In this document: positions 11,340-24,000 of the stretch, piece after piece
Layout of the letters: every line of letters starts with the position of its first letter
Numbering within the stretch: position 1 is the stretch's first letter
NCBI GenBank assembly: GCA_964016885.1
Contig: OZ024743.1
Location: 18,352,001 to 18,416,000, forward strand
DNA length: 64,000 bases
Direction: 5' to 3'
Origin: Eledone cirrhosa
Taxonomy: Eukaryota
Notes under the pieces: generated by a model
Databases searched by the model: none
What the model saw: only the letters and a program-made list of their open reading frames with translations
Told to the model about the DNA's origin: nothing
Translations under genes and position numbers: made by a program

Positions 11340-13897
11340 GTAAACAGGTTATAACAAGATAGAAATCGGGCTAGAAATAAATAAAAAAAATTCAAACAAC
11401 AAATATTCCCCAAAAAGCGGGGAAACCTTCAACGGTCACTCATGGCAAAAACGACACAAGAGACTACGGCCATCCTGGCCACCAAGGCAAGAGCCCTCTC
11501 TCAGTTTTGCCACTCCTCAGTCTACAGGCGCATACTCAGCCCGGGCCCGTTCACTCGGACTAGACTCGCCAATTTCACCCACCTTTCAACAAATTTGCTA
11601 AAAGACGCCACTTGCCTCTCCACCCTGATTTTCTTCTTCAAGTGAAACTTGAAAAAGATAGTCAGCGATTGGCCGAAGAGGAAAGTGTCCGTCTTCAACC
11701 CTTTCAACCTTGTCCACCACTAAATCTATTTTGCCATGGCCACCAGGCATATGAAAACTGCCTGCCCTTCCTCCTCTTTAAAGGAGGATGGTGGGGCTAT
11801 CTGCACAATGGACTAAGTCGCTAACCGGATCCGTCCTACACGCGACAGCAACTGTTCGACATAGCTCTACAAGTCAGCAATCCTCTGACACTGAAAGAGT
11901 GCGTGCAGGACGGTTTCGTCGCCTGCGCACATCTCGGACGGGCTCGGTTGACAGCACCTCCGTGCCTGTAGAGCTTATCCCGAACCGGCAACGCTCCCCG
12001 GTAGTACTAGCAGGTCAGAGATTTCTGGAAGCTGTACATAGGCTTCAGACTGAAGGATCTCTTGAAGAAAGCGAACAGCTGATCGTCTTCTCCTCGAGAA
12101 TGTTGTCGTACTTCCCCTCCACTAGCCTTCTATAGAACGCCGAAGTGGATGTTCCACCGATATTAGTGCCCAGCTGCTAGAAGGCGGTGAGTTATTCCAA
12201 CTTCCACGCGCTATCCCTCGGTCTTTTCGTGATCCAGGACTTCAGTTCGGTCAAGGAGACGAGCTGGGGAAAAGCGCGTCAGGCAAACGGTGACCACACC
12301 TGTTCACCATCAAGGAAGCACCAGAGATGTTGCAGCCTCAGCGCATGTTTGTGCATCATCAGCCACGGCATGCGCAGTACTCCACGCAACAGGTGATGAC
12401 AGCATATGTATCGTCAGTTTATGGGAGCACGTCCCTTCCACAAAAAAAGAGAAAGCGTTCTATTTTGGTCGGGGGCAAGGTACGACAGTCAGGCGGTAGC
12501 AGATGACGGACGCGATGTACGCATTTGCCACCTCCGCCCCATCTTTCAGAGATAGCGTCCTTTCGGCGCATTTCTGGGTGAGAGAGGCCACCCTGCTAGT
12601 CACCTCGCTCCAGTTTTCCTCCAGTTACATGGCGCTGTCGGACGGCGGGGACCTGCCTCTCCAGGTGCCGAGTTGCAAGCCCTCCGACGTTTCCCGGTTT
12701 ATATTTGCTCCTGTCACCGCTTCGTATTCCTTGAGAGAGCTGGCGAGCATCTGCACGTGTTTGGTGCATGACACCACAATGGTGACGTCGTCGGCGTAAG
12801 CTGAGACGGATGTTCCGCATCCCAGGTCACGTGGAACGCCCCTTATCGTCTCTAATTCGTGCTGTAATGGCTCGAGGGCTACTACGTACAAGAGGACAAC
12901 CCTAGCGGACCGAGCACGTGTTGCTGATCGGCTGCGGCAGGTGACTATTCACCCTCAAAATTGAGCAGATGCCGCTGTGCATCGCAGCAATCTCGCCCCT
13001 GAAAACTGTCCACCTCGAGGACCGCAGCCAGGTACCGATGGTCGACCCTATCAAATGGTTTAGATAGATCCAATTTGTTCAGAGCCTCACACGTGCCAGG
13101 TTCCTTAACTAGCCTCTCTATGATGTATCGCATAAGATGGAGGTTGTCGTGGATGTATCTGAACAAAATGGCGCATATATGGGCCTCTCCCTCCAGATCA
13201 CCAACGACAGGCGCCAATATCTTTGTTAACACCTTGAACAAAATCTTGAACTCTGCGTATAGTAGAGTTATAGGCCAGAGGTTGTGATAACGTCCACCTT
13301 GTTCCGGTCTTTTCTCGGCAGCGTGACCGCTCCCCGTCTCACAAAACTGAGAATGCTCCCGTTCTGCTGCCAGTTGTAGTAGACATCTGCGAAGAGGTCG
13401 ACAAACAAGTCTGGAATGTAAGCATCAAAACTCGAAGGGCAGACCGTCCAAACCTGGCGATTTACCCCTGGTGCTGTTACAAATCACTTCCCGTATTACA
13501 TCTGTTGTTATTGGCTTTTCACAACACTATGCTGCGGTCGTCCAGAGCCGCTGCATTCCGCCGCGGTATGCACCGAAGTCCATACTACTCTGATCTCGAC
13601 TGCCGCATCTCCCGAGCAATTGAGCAACGTACTGTTAAAAAGCCGCTCACATCTGCTCGGGTTCGAGTAACATGCACCCGTCTTGATCAGGCAAAGACCG
13701 AATTGTGGTTTTGTTGCAACGTCGGGCCTCCACCACCCGGCCTCTTGAATGGCTTTCGTCCCCTCCTCTCTTAGAGCAAATATTATACATTCCCCTTCAC
13801 AGGGCAAAGTCCAAGGGCTTATATCCCATACACGACAACAAAAATTTAACAATAAATAATTTATGACAGATAAATAAAGAGACTTATGAGAACGAGC
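11340..13897 (-). mobile_element. L1/Tx1-type LINE copy A, internally deleted
   Basis: RT motifs (HDNLHLMRY, DRVDHRYL, AYADDVT); 13775-13897 resembles the 5' UTR of copy D (25790-25910) and is joined directly to mid-ORF2; TAA tract 13898-13930 at the 5' side. Confidence 0.85.
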
Positions 13898-13898
13898 A

Positions 13899-13930
<32 letters not shown>

Positions 13931-13933
<3 letters not shown>

Positions 13934-14690
13934 TTTCTGTATTGGCCACAAGGGCTGAAATCAAGAAAAACATTACAGACGGCACAGGATGGTACAGGAC
14001 GGCACGATGTGGGTTCTGTGCGCGTAAAGATTTGTATTATATAAGAAACGAAAAAGAAAAAAAGGACATAGAAACATATATATATATAAACAATAAAAAT
14101 GAAAATTCAAACAATGAAAAATTCCCCAGTAGGGGGGAATTCTCCGAGGGTTACTCGTGGAGAAAACCACACAAAAGACGACGGCCTCCCTGACCACCAG
14201 GGCATGCGCCTCCCTCAATTATTTCACATTCCTGAAACTACAAGCGTATATTCAGAGCGGTTCCGTTCACTCGGACCATTCTCGCTGCATTCACCCACCT
14301 TTCAACAAACTTGCTAGAAGACACCACTTGCCACTCCACCCTGATTTTCCTATTCAAGTGAAACTTGAAAAAGTTAATCAGCGATTCGCCGAAGGGGAAA
14401 GTGTCTGTCTTTAACCCTTTTAACCTTGTCCACCAAACAATCTCTTTCACCATGGCCACCATGCAGATGAAAACCGCCTGTCCCTCCTCCTCGAAGGAAG
14501 AGGGCGAGACCATCTGCACAATGGGCTCAGTCGATAACCAGATCGGTCCTACACGCGACAGCAACTGTTCGACATAGCTCTACGAGTCAGCAATGCTCGC
14601 GCACTGAACGAGTGCGTGCACGACGGTCTCGTCGTCTGCGCGCATCTCGGACAGACTCAGCTTACGACACTTCCGTGCCTGTAGAGCTTA
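13931..14690 (-). mobile_element. L1/Tx1-type LINE copy B, 3' fragment
   Basis: ORF2 C-terminus (NFFKFHLNRKIRVE..FVERWVN) plus 3' UTR ending at the TAA tract. Confidence 0.88.
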
Positions 14691-14728
14691 TATACTTTCA
14701 AACGTTCAATCAACTGACAGGAAGGTAT

Positions 14729-14771
14729 ACGGTACTGATGACAGCTAATAATCTAGAAACTAATTCATCGT
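14729..14771 (+). ncRNA. Degenerate minimal HHR-like motif
   Basis: CGGUA-CUGAUGA-CAG..CUA-GAAA-CUAAUU-CAUCG; core boxes intact but all three stems have mismatches. Confidence 0.4.
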
Positions 14772-14892
14772 TCCTTTGTCAGTGTTGAACAAAATGGCAA
14801 CGATGGTTAACCGAACACTGTACGGCTAATAATTCGGGCTGTTTGTTTACAAACAAACCGAGCATTATAATAAATGTTCGGTAAAACCATAC

Positions 14893-14959
<67 letters not shown>

Positions 14960-15042
14960 TGCATATATGTGTGTATATACATACTACTGTACGTCTGTAT
15001 ACATATATGTATGTACGTATACATACTTATATATATAAATAT

Positions 15043-15159
<117 letters not shown>

Positions 15160-16520
15160 CACACACACATACTCATCTACACATACATGGACGGAGAGAT
15201 ATCTTTCTTACAATGATAGTGATTTCTCAATACGTTTGCAATACAAGTGAAAACAACTTTTGCACCTCTTGCAGAGAGGGTAAACAAGGGAATATTCTAA
15301 AATAGTTTTCTGTTCCTTTCTTGATAATTTCCAGTGCAACTACAATCGCAGGTATTGTAACGGCCATATATCGTTAGAGCACACAGTGTTTGTATATACA
15401 CATAAAGCATATGCTATTCAAGAAAATATGCTTTCCTTGCCCTCGCGGTTTCCTCGTTCGAAAAAAAAAGAATGTTTTCGGTTATGTATTATTTTGTACA
15501 AGAATATGTCCCAGCTGGATGAATACAAACGCCGCTATTTATACAAAACTAACTTAACATGAAATGAGAGTGAAAACGATGACAATGAGGGTGATGATTA
15601 TATTGTTGATTCTGATGACGATATAGATTATGCTGGTTGATGAAAGCCACGGCGGATGCAATGCTAACATTGACGCATATATTACAAGCGGTGTATTCAT
15701 ACACATTCCTGTCGTATATTAAATGAAATTGTCGATTGCCAAATATTTATCTTCATTCATTTTGATTTTCATTGGTAATATATAAGTCCATTTCTCTTTG
15801 CATGTAATATAAATTTTGGTTGACATTGAAGTAGAAAGAGGTCTTTTAGAAATCTGCTTATAACTGGCAACGAAAAGACAAATCAGCGCACTAATAAATA
15901 AAACATTATGCTTAATATAAATATATGTACGTCTACAATCCTTTTTACAAACACTTAGACATAATTAATTCTGACACCGATAGTCCTTCTTCAGTTTGAC
16001 TATACTTCTCTAATTGTATTGCCGATTTGCTTTGGCTGGAAAATCTCTTGAATTTGAAGACAATAACCGACATATTTTGCCACCTCATAAAGAAATAGTA
16101 ATGCTGCTTCAAAAGAAGTCATAACATAGAATTTAAAAAACGTCACATATACACATCACCTGCCCAGACTATTACAGAAAATTATTTCTAATGCAATAAC
16201 ATCAGGACAGCACTATTTTGAAATAACCGCAAACTTAAGAATATTCGAGAAATGTTCTTTTTAATGCCACTCACAGCTGGATTGATCAGATTATATTTTA
16301 TTATTCTATGTCCATTACATTCACTTTTGGAAATGATCAATATAATTCTTTTACTCGGGTTTTCAGTGAAGCATGTTCTAAGAAGGTGTATATATAGATA
16401 AGCTATATGAACAAACATTTGAAAAAAGAATTAACAAAACAAAAAAATAAAAGTTCAATGTGCCAAATAGTATGTGAGTATACCATCCCTATACATAAAT
16501 ATTCACAACTCATTATTATA

Positions 16521-16709
16521 ATTGTTTCTACTTTTGGCACAAGGCCAGCGATTATCCCAGTGCATTACTGGTACTTTATTTTATCGACCCCGTAAGGATG
16601 AAAGGCAAAGTTAAACTCGGCGGGATTTGAACTCAGAATGACAAGGGCCGTAACTCTATGCGTCAAAGCATGGTGTCCGATCCTCTACCGATACTGCCAA
16701 TCCACCGCT
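16521..16709 (-). mobile_element. tRNA-derived SINE (Meta/MESC-like core; octopus OK/OR-like)
   Basis: A-box TGGCAGTATCGG, B-box GAGTTCAAATCC, core GCCTTTCATCCTTACGGGGTCGATAAAATAAAGTACCAG. Confidence 0.88.
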
Positions 16710-16720
16710 CATTATTATAA

Positions 16721-16909
16721 TTGTTTCTACTTTTTGGCACAAGGCCAGCATTTTACTCAGTACATTACTGGTACTTTATTTTATCGACCCCGTAAGGATG
16801 AAAGGCAAAGTTAACCTCGGCGGGATTTGAACTCAGAATGGCAAGGTCCGTAACTCTATGCGTCAAAGCATGGCGTCCGACCCTCTACCGATACTACCAA
16901 TTCACCGCT
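16721..16909 (-). mobile_element. tRNA-derived SINE, tandem copy
   Basis: Same family; junctions repeat CTCATTATTATAAT. Confidence 0.88.
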
Positions 16910-16921
16910 CATTATTATAAT

Positions 16922-17100
16922 TGGCAGTATCGATAGAGGGTTGGACGCCCAGCTTTCTAGCATAGTTACGTCATTTTACCGTCTGAGTTCAAATCCCGCC
17001 AAGGTTAACTTTGCCTTTCACCCTTACGGGGTCGATAAAACAAAGTACCAGTAATGTACTGGATAATTGCTGGCCTTGTGCCTGAAGTAGAAACAATCAT
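16922..17100 (+). mobile_element. tRNA-derived SINE, head-to-head with the previous copy
   Basis: TGGCAGTATCGATAG...GAGTTCAAATCCC...GTAGAAACAATCAT. Confidence 0.88.
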
Positions 17101-17303
17101 TATAATGTGTGTGTATGTCGCGTGTTTGAAACCAAGAAGAAATAAAACAAATACTACTGTAGATGACAATAATACTAATTTTCATCGTAGGAATTATGAT
17201 GCACTTAAGCTAAATCGACAGATTGTGTATATGTGTATATTGAATGTGACACACATGAATATATTAACAATTAAACAATCCCCCTCCCCACAAACAGAGA
17301 TAC

Positions 17304-17391
<88 letters not shown>

Positions 17392-17430
17392 TTGAATCTA
17401 ACTGTTTATAGCAGGACATGTATATACATG

Positions 17431-17503
<73 letters not shown>

Positions 17504-17737
17504 AAACAATGAAATTTCATTTCTCACTCTTAGTACGGCTGATACTTAAATATAAGTATGTATACGTACATACATATATGTATACAGACGCACAGTAGCA
17601 TGTATATACATACATACATGCACACACATATATATATATATATATGTATGTATGGGTTTACCGAACATATATTATAATGCTCGGTTTGTAAACAATCTAT
17701 ACATATATATATATATATACATGTATATATATTTTTT

Positions 17738-17769
<32 letters not shown>

Positions 17770-17869
17770 TTTGCATCTACCTGTTTATAGTACATCTTAT
17801 AACATTTGAGAACATCATACTGCCTTACAAAGTGTGGAGGTGTGGAGGTGTATATGTACAGGTTTAGGT

Positions 17870-18075
17870 TTTTATTCTGCAAGACATTTGACATTAAATC
17901 ATGTGTTGAAACTGATATTGTTATATTTGGTGATGGTCACGGTGACTATATAGCTAATAGAAAGAAACACACGCACCATATAATTCTCACTGTATCTGTA
18001 CCTTTACTGTTACTTATTCATTCGTTTTGAAAGTTATTTCGTCCCACATTTTGTGACCTCCTCAATGAGTATTTG
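17870..18075 (-). mobile_element. Diverged PLE pseudo-LTR relic related to 9470-9700
   Basis: Shares CATGTGTTGAAAC.GATATTGTTATA and AAGAAACACACGCACCA plus an HHR relic at 18027-18070. Confidence 0.65.
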
Positions 18076-18209
18076 TTTTGTTCCTCATAATTTTTGTGGT
18101 CTTCCACTTCTACGAAAACATCGTTTGTTTTTAAAAGATTGACACGATAATGTGCAGTGATACTTATTTTCTTGTTAGACCTGATGAGTCGATGTTGTAA
18201 ATAAAAATA

Positions 18210-18395
18210 ATTGTTTCTACTTTTGGCACAAGGCCAGCAATTATCCCAGTGAATTACTGGTACTTTATTTTATCGACCTCGTATGGATGAAAGATAAAGT
18301 TAACGTCGGTGGGATTTGAACTCAGAATGTGAAGGGCCGTAGCTCTATGCGTCAAAGCGTGTCCTCCGACCCTCTACTGATGCTGCCAATCCACC
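18210..18395 (-). mobile_element. tRNA-derived SINE
   Basis: Same family as 16521-16709. Confidence 0.88.
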
Positions 18396-19052
18396 AATGA
18401 TCTACACGGTGTTTGCAATAGAACTTAAGATTATACATGAAAAGGGTTACATAAACTATATCTGTGCGTCAAAAAATGCTGTTTAGAGCATTGTACTGAT
18501 TCCGATGAATAGGAATTGAAGTTGCTAGCCCTATAATTATAGATCTATTTTATTCTATATTATTGGGACAAAAATATCACCGCTCGAAATCAATACAGTT
18601 GAGTGCTTCAATGTTTATTTACGACGTTTTTTACGGAATTCTTAGATCTGTTAATCAAAGCAAGATTTTAAAGAGTTAGTCAAACCGGTACCAGGCATAT
18701 TACCGTCTGAGGTGATTGTATTGGTGCGTACAAACTGATTCATAATACACAAATATATTATGTCCATACATATGGAAATGGCATTACTAACAATGAAGTA
18801 GCTGATGAGATTATTGTGATGGTGAAATTGTTGTTGATAACATGGGGGATTATTGTCATTATTGTTATTATGTTTTTCCTTTTTCTTCAGTATTGTTTCC
18901 ATTACATCCCGAGTGCACCTAGTACAATGAACTCACTGTATTGGTACGCTGGTTAACACACCAAATTGATGACAATTTACAGCTAAAAATAAAAAGATTA
19001 TTATTATTATTATTATTATTATTGGTCTTTGAGTCTTAGTCATTGATGTTAA

Positions 19053-19232
19053 TGGCAGTATCGGTAGAGGGTCGGACGCCATGCTTTGACGCATATAGTT
19101 ACAGCACTTGCCATTCTGAGTTCAAATCGCGGCGAGTCTGACTTTGCCTTTCATCCTTACGGGGTCGATAAAATAAAGTACCAGTAATGCACTGGGATAA
19201 TTGCTGGCATTGTGCCAAAAGTAGAAATAATA
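19053..19232 (+). mobile_element. tRNA-derived SINE flanked by an approximately 40-bp duplication
   Basis: ATTATTATTATTGGTCTTTGAGTCTTAGTCATTGATGTTA on both sides (about 19012-19051 and 19233-19272). Confidence 0.88.
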
Positions 19233-19243
19233 ATTATTATTAT

Positions 19244-20663
19244 TGGTCTTTGAGTCTTAGTCATTGATGTTATTTAAATGGAAAGTTTGTTGAAATGAAT
19301 ATCAAGGCGCTACCTGCAGCCTTAATATTCAGGACGTCTAGGTGGGTTCTTGCTGTTCCCAGCAAGCATGGCTTTTGAAGTGTTCCAAAAAGCGGGGCTG
19401 GACTAAAATGATTTAACCATCCTTGGAAACTCTTTGAGATAGTACCTAGTGCGCCTATGACAATCGGGATGACCTTGATTTCATGGCAGTTCCAAATCCT
19501 TTTTAGCCCCCACTTTAAATCCTGGTATGGGTTAATTTTCTCCCTCTCCTTTTCTTGCACACTCGTGTCAAATGAACAGGCTACATCTACAATCAGGCGC
19601 GATCGATTTTCTTTGTACAAAACCACCAGGTCCGGCCTATTGTATTATAATTGTTTGTCCGTCTGTATCCTAAAATCCCATAGTACCTTCACCTGATCGT
19701 TTTCTACCACCGACTCTGACTTAAGCTCATATCACTTCTACAAAATGTGGTAAATTGTTTACTTTGCATGGATGCCGGTGGATCACCCTGCCTAGCACAT
19801 CATGTCTCCAGCCATTATAGTGAGTCTGGGCTAGGTGTTTACACTCGGATACGATGTGAGACAGTCTGCTCTCTCTCTCTCAACAGATCCTACACAGTGA
19901 GCTAGCCTCCTCCTTGTCAATATGGTGTTTCACCCATTTCGTTCTGATGGCTTCCTCTTGCGCAGCCATTAACATTCCTTCTGTAGCCTTTGTAAGGTCC
20001 TCTTTTTAACCAGTTCCATGTCTGTGGATCTCTAAATTCAGTTTTCTCAAAGAAGGTACTATGAAAGGATTTTTCATGAATGTTGCTCTTCCTTCTTGTT
20101 GTTATTTCCTCCTTGGACATCCCCTGGTCTATTGTCCTCTCCTTCAGTACTATTTTGAGCATTAGCTCCCTACTGTCAGTCACATACTTGTGCAGGTTGT
20201 TTTTCTCCGTCTGAACACAGTCCTCTATGCTGATAAGACATCTTCCAACTTCAGATCTCTTTAAGTAGAGTCTATCGACATCACCCCTCTTGTGGAACAT
20301 GCTGTAGATAATCAATAGCTTCCTAGTCTTGCTATCCACTTATTTTTGTTCAGCAACAATCCATTTCAGAATTCCCGCACTGTACCTAACAATAGACACA
20401 GCTCGGGAATTTACTGCACTTATGACATTCCTACTATTTAGATGTGATTTTAGTACTCTCCTTACTCGCCTTATGTACTCGGATCTTATCAATTCTTTCA
20501 TTTTTTTGTTCTTGATGTCATCTACCTCCAGAACACCTAAATATTTTTGTATGCCTCCTCAGTGACAATTTCCGTTATCATCTCACCTGTTGGTACCTGG
20601 ATTCCGTTGCTTCTGCTCAACTTACTACTCTTCATCACTAGAACACCACACTTATTAATACCA
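19244..20663 (-). mobile_element. R4/Dong-type RLE non-LTR retrotransposon, family 2, 5'-truncated and decayed
   Basis: DVDRLYLKRSEVGRCL; restriction-like endonuclease RPDLVV..IVDVAC..EKINPYQDL..VIPIVIGALG; TTA tracts at both ends. Confidence 0.85.
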
Positions 20664-20682
20664 ATTATTATTATTATTATTG

Positions 20683-20980
20683 TTGAAAGATGGGTGAGAG
20701 AAGCAAGTATGGCCCGTGTGAATGGGCCTACTCTGAGTATGTGTCTGTAAATTAAAGGCGGAAAACTGGGAGCGGGCACTTGCCCTGTAGCCTTTTACTG
20801 GGCTTTCTCCACAAATGTCTCTCGGAAGTCTCCCCCCTATTGGGGAATTTTTCATTGTTATTTTTTATTACATCCTCTGTTTTTTTTACACGCAGAAATG
20901 CCCATTTGTACCGTCCTGTATTGTCCTGTACTGTCCTTAATGTCTACGTTATGTAAACCCTTGTGGTTAATAAAGAAAGT
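20683..20980 (+). mobile_element. L1/Tx1-type LINE extreme 3' fragment (E/F subfamily)
   Basis: VERWVREASMARVNGPTLSMCL* plus 3' UTR with AATAAA; TTA tracts on both sides. Confidence 0.88.
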
Positions 20981-21016
20981 ATTATTATTGTTGTTGTTGT
21001 TATTATTATTATTATT

Positions 21017-24000
21017 GTGGAAGTATACGCGTCACAGGAAATTTTGTTCCCGTAAGTTTGTGATTTTTGAACAGTTTTTTATTGCGAACTTATTGTAAAC
21101 AGTTATACGGTTGTGTGTTTAAACACACCCCGCTTCTCTTGTGGTTGTAGAAATTAATCGGTATTTACCCCTTCGCTGCTAAATTCCAATTGAAAAAAAT
21201 CTGTTTCTCTACCATATCTCCACACAAAAATTACTCCTTCAGCAAGCTAACTTTCTCTACCTTATCTTCATCACAACAATTTCTTTCTTCACCCTACTGT
21301 CAGCGTGGACTTTCGCTTTCCTTTTCGTCTTCTTCATCGTCACATAGTGAAAGTCAGGCAAAGGCCATTTCATACTCTCCTTCATCAAGCGGCGGTCGAG
21401 AAGCCGCTGCTGCTGGTGCATTTGACAACAAGGGAGGTAGCAGCAGCAGCAGCGGAAGTATTAACAATAACACCAATGGTAGCAGTAGCAGCAGCAGAGC
21501 AACACCAACAATACCGTTTGTAGCAGTAACATCAACGACAGCACCAACGACAACAAGACCAGTTGCAGCAGTACCGGTGGCAACAATGAGGCCACTGAAA
21601 AAGAGACCATCTCTTTTGCAAAGGTGGCTCGCAACGTAGAAACGGTCCTGATCGCAGATGAGAAGGTGGCGGTCGCAAGACACATATAACCAGAACCAAA
21701 TTTTCAGTGTCCTGGAAACCACCAACCGATTTCCTGGAGGAAGAAAAGCGACGCACAGTGTCATACCGCAAAATTTGCCACGCAATCGCGTCGTGTGGAA
21801 AGAGCCTCGGAGGCCCAAATCCAGAAGGTCTTGGGAACTGTGTGGGAACGGAAAATCCACGTCACTCGTGGCAAGAAATATGCTACTCTGGACGTCCTTT
21901 TTGCTACCACCCAGGAATCAAAATTGCACTCATTGAGGCACCCTACGGAGTGATGACATAACGTCAGTCCCGTTTTACTGCGGGAAACAAATATTGCAAA
22001 CGTCAGGGTAACACGGGTCCCGCTCTACGTACCCGTGACTTGGCTGGTCGTGTCAGTTCTTGCGGGCATCTAGGATAGAAGGGGAGAGAGGACTGGTCCG
22101 GTATTAGAATGGAGCTGCTCATCCAAACCGACCAGGACTGCATCTGTGCTATTCCCGTCGTAATACACCTCGGGAATGGCTCCCAACTTCCCATATCTGT
22201 GGAAGGAATGCGCCCAAAGTGCTTCAATTGTGGAACGAAGTCTCACCTCAGGGACTTCTGCCCACAGAAAATAACTAAGGTGAAGGTCCTCCTCCTTCCA
22301 ACACCGGAACCGCTGACATCAGAAATAGAGCAGTCAGCGAAAAAGTCGGGACATTCTACAGAGAGTAGGAGGAAAACGTCCGTGGCACCCACAACAAAGC
22401 CACGAACAACAAAACCGCAGCGGCAACTGCAGCAACAGAAATAGTTGCACTAGCTGCACATGTGCCAAGAACAGCAGAGCAGACACCACCACCACAACCA
22501 CCAACAACAACAACAAAGACAAATGAGAGGGTAGAACTCATACCACTCCCCAACCTCTCAGTCGGACATGGAGTATGAGGCGGCTGAGGAGTGGAAAACG
22601 GTTGTCAACAGAAAGAACAAACGCAAAAACACCACAGCTTCACCCTCCAAAAGCGAAGGCAAAGAAACACTAACACCACAAGCATCACCACCAACAACCA
22701 CCACACCACCACCAGCATCACCAAAAACACCAACATCGCAAAACACAACAAAGCACACAACATCAACAAGAAAACAGACACAAAATTGACAGGCCCCCAA
22801 AAAGTACGCAGCGATAAATATTACACACAAAGGATCAATGGAACATATATAACAACACACAAACATTACAGACTTAAATTACCACACCACACCACACCAA
22901 CACCAAGAACATTACACAAAAACATTACAATTGTCGAAATTAAACTAGATGTCTATAAGCAATTAAAGCAAATATTCTCAAATGGAGTTGGGGATTTCAG
23001 GGGGTAACTCGCCAAAAGAATCTATATAGATATCATCTTGTGAACACCCATGGCCAGCCGAAGTGACGGTTCTACTGTCCCTTCCTCACACGATCAAGGT
23101 GAGTGATCCTTTCTAACTTACACCGCTTCGTCATCCAGCATGATCGTTCTTAGAATAGGCAGTGTAAATGTACGTAGTCTAGGGTCATCTTGGAAGCAGG
23201 GTCAGCTGCTGAACGACCTCAGGTCACTAAACATAGATGTGGTGGCCATCAGCGAGACCAGAATCTCCGAAGCACGAGCCTTCACACCCATCTTCGGCGG
23301 CAACGATGTATACGCATCTCCCAGTCGTCCGGTATCACAGGGAGGAATTGCTGTGATTTTTCGGAGATCTGTGAAGTTTACTTAGATAGACTCCATAGAC
23401 AAAGGCCCGGTCACTGTAAGCTGAACGCGTCGTTCCCGCGCGCAAAGCTTACAAAGAACGGATCAGCGATTTAGTTAAGCGTGCGTTGTCGGGTGCGATC
23501 GTCAACAACAGGTGGTGGTTTACCCTGAAAAGGGCCATTAGAGTAGAATCGATAAGGTTTAACAAAGGACTAGTGGTTGGGGAAAATAGAGTAGAGGGAG
23601 AGCTAGTTAGAAAGCTAGAAGAAAGGCGTTTAGGACAGGCATCGCAATCGACATGCTTGCGGCGAGATTGGCACTCGACCAATTCTACAACACAAAGCAT
23701 GAAGGCTGCGTTGTCAGAGCTAGAGCACGTGCTCTGAAACACGAGAGGATTAAAGCCGTTCAATGGGCCTGGGTGGTGGAGTACTACGTGGCAACAAGTC
23801 CATCATTCGGTCGTTGCCTGATCAAAACGGGACAATGTTGCTCTAACCTAAGCAGATGTGTGCAGCTTTTCAACAGCACTTTGTATAATTGTTCGGAAGA
23901 GGCGGCGGGCCGGATCGGATTAAGGACTTCGGTGCATACCTTGACAGACCGCCGCGGTTCACGAAGGCAATGCTACTAAAAGCCGATAACAGCAGGTGAA

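Noticed and set aside
15605-15660. CUGAUGA...GAAA string
   Set aside because: Lies in a GAT-rich low-complexity tract; no stem II pairing and no UH site.
16521-17100. SINE heads as tRNA genes, or the tandem SINEs as a CRISPR-like array
   Set aside because: A and B boxes are present but there is no cloverleaf; units are about 190 bp with no unique spacers; eukaryotic context.
18175-18205. CCUGAUGAGUC before a SINE
   Set aside because: No GAAA or closing stems; cannot be folded as an HHR.
18651-18902. 83-aa minus-strand ORF
   Set aside because: Low complexity, no motif, no supporting splice structure.
21354-21860. Long antisense ORFs over LINE sequences (also 26023-26664, 33281-33910, 56452-56934)
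   Set aside because: Shadow frames of GC-richer or low-complexity retrotransposon coding sequence with no independent motifs.
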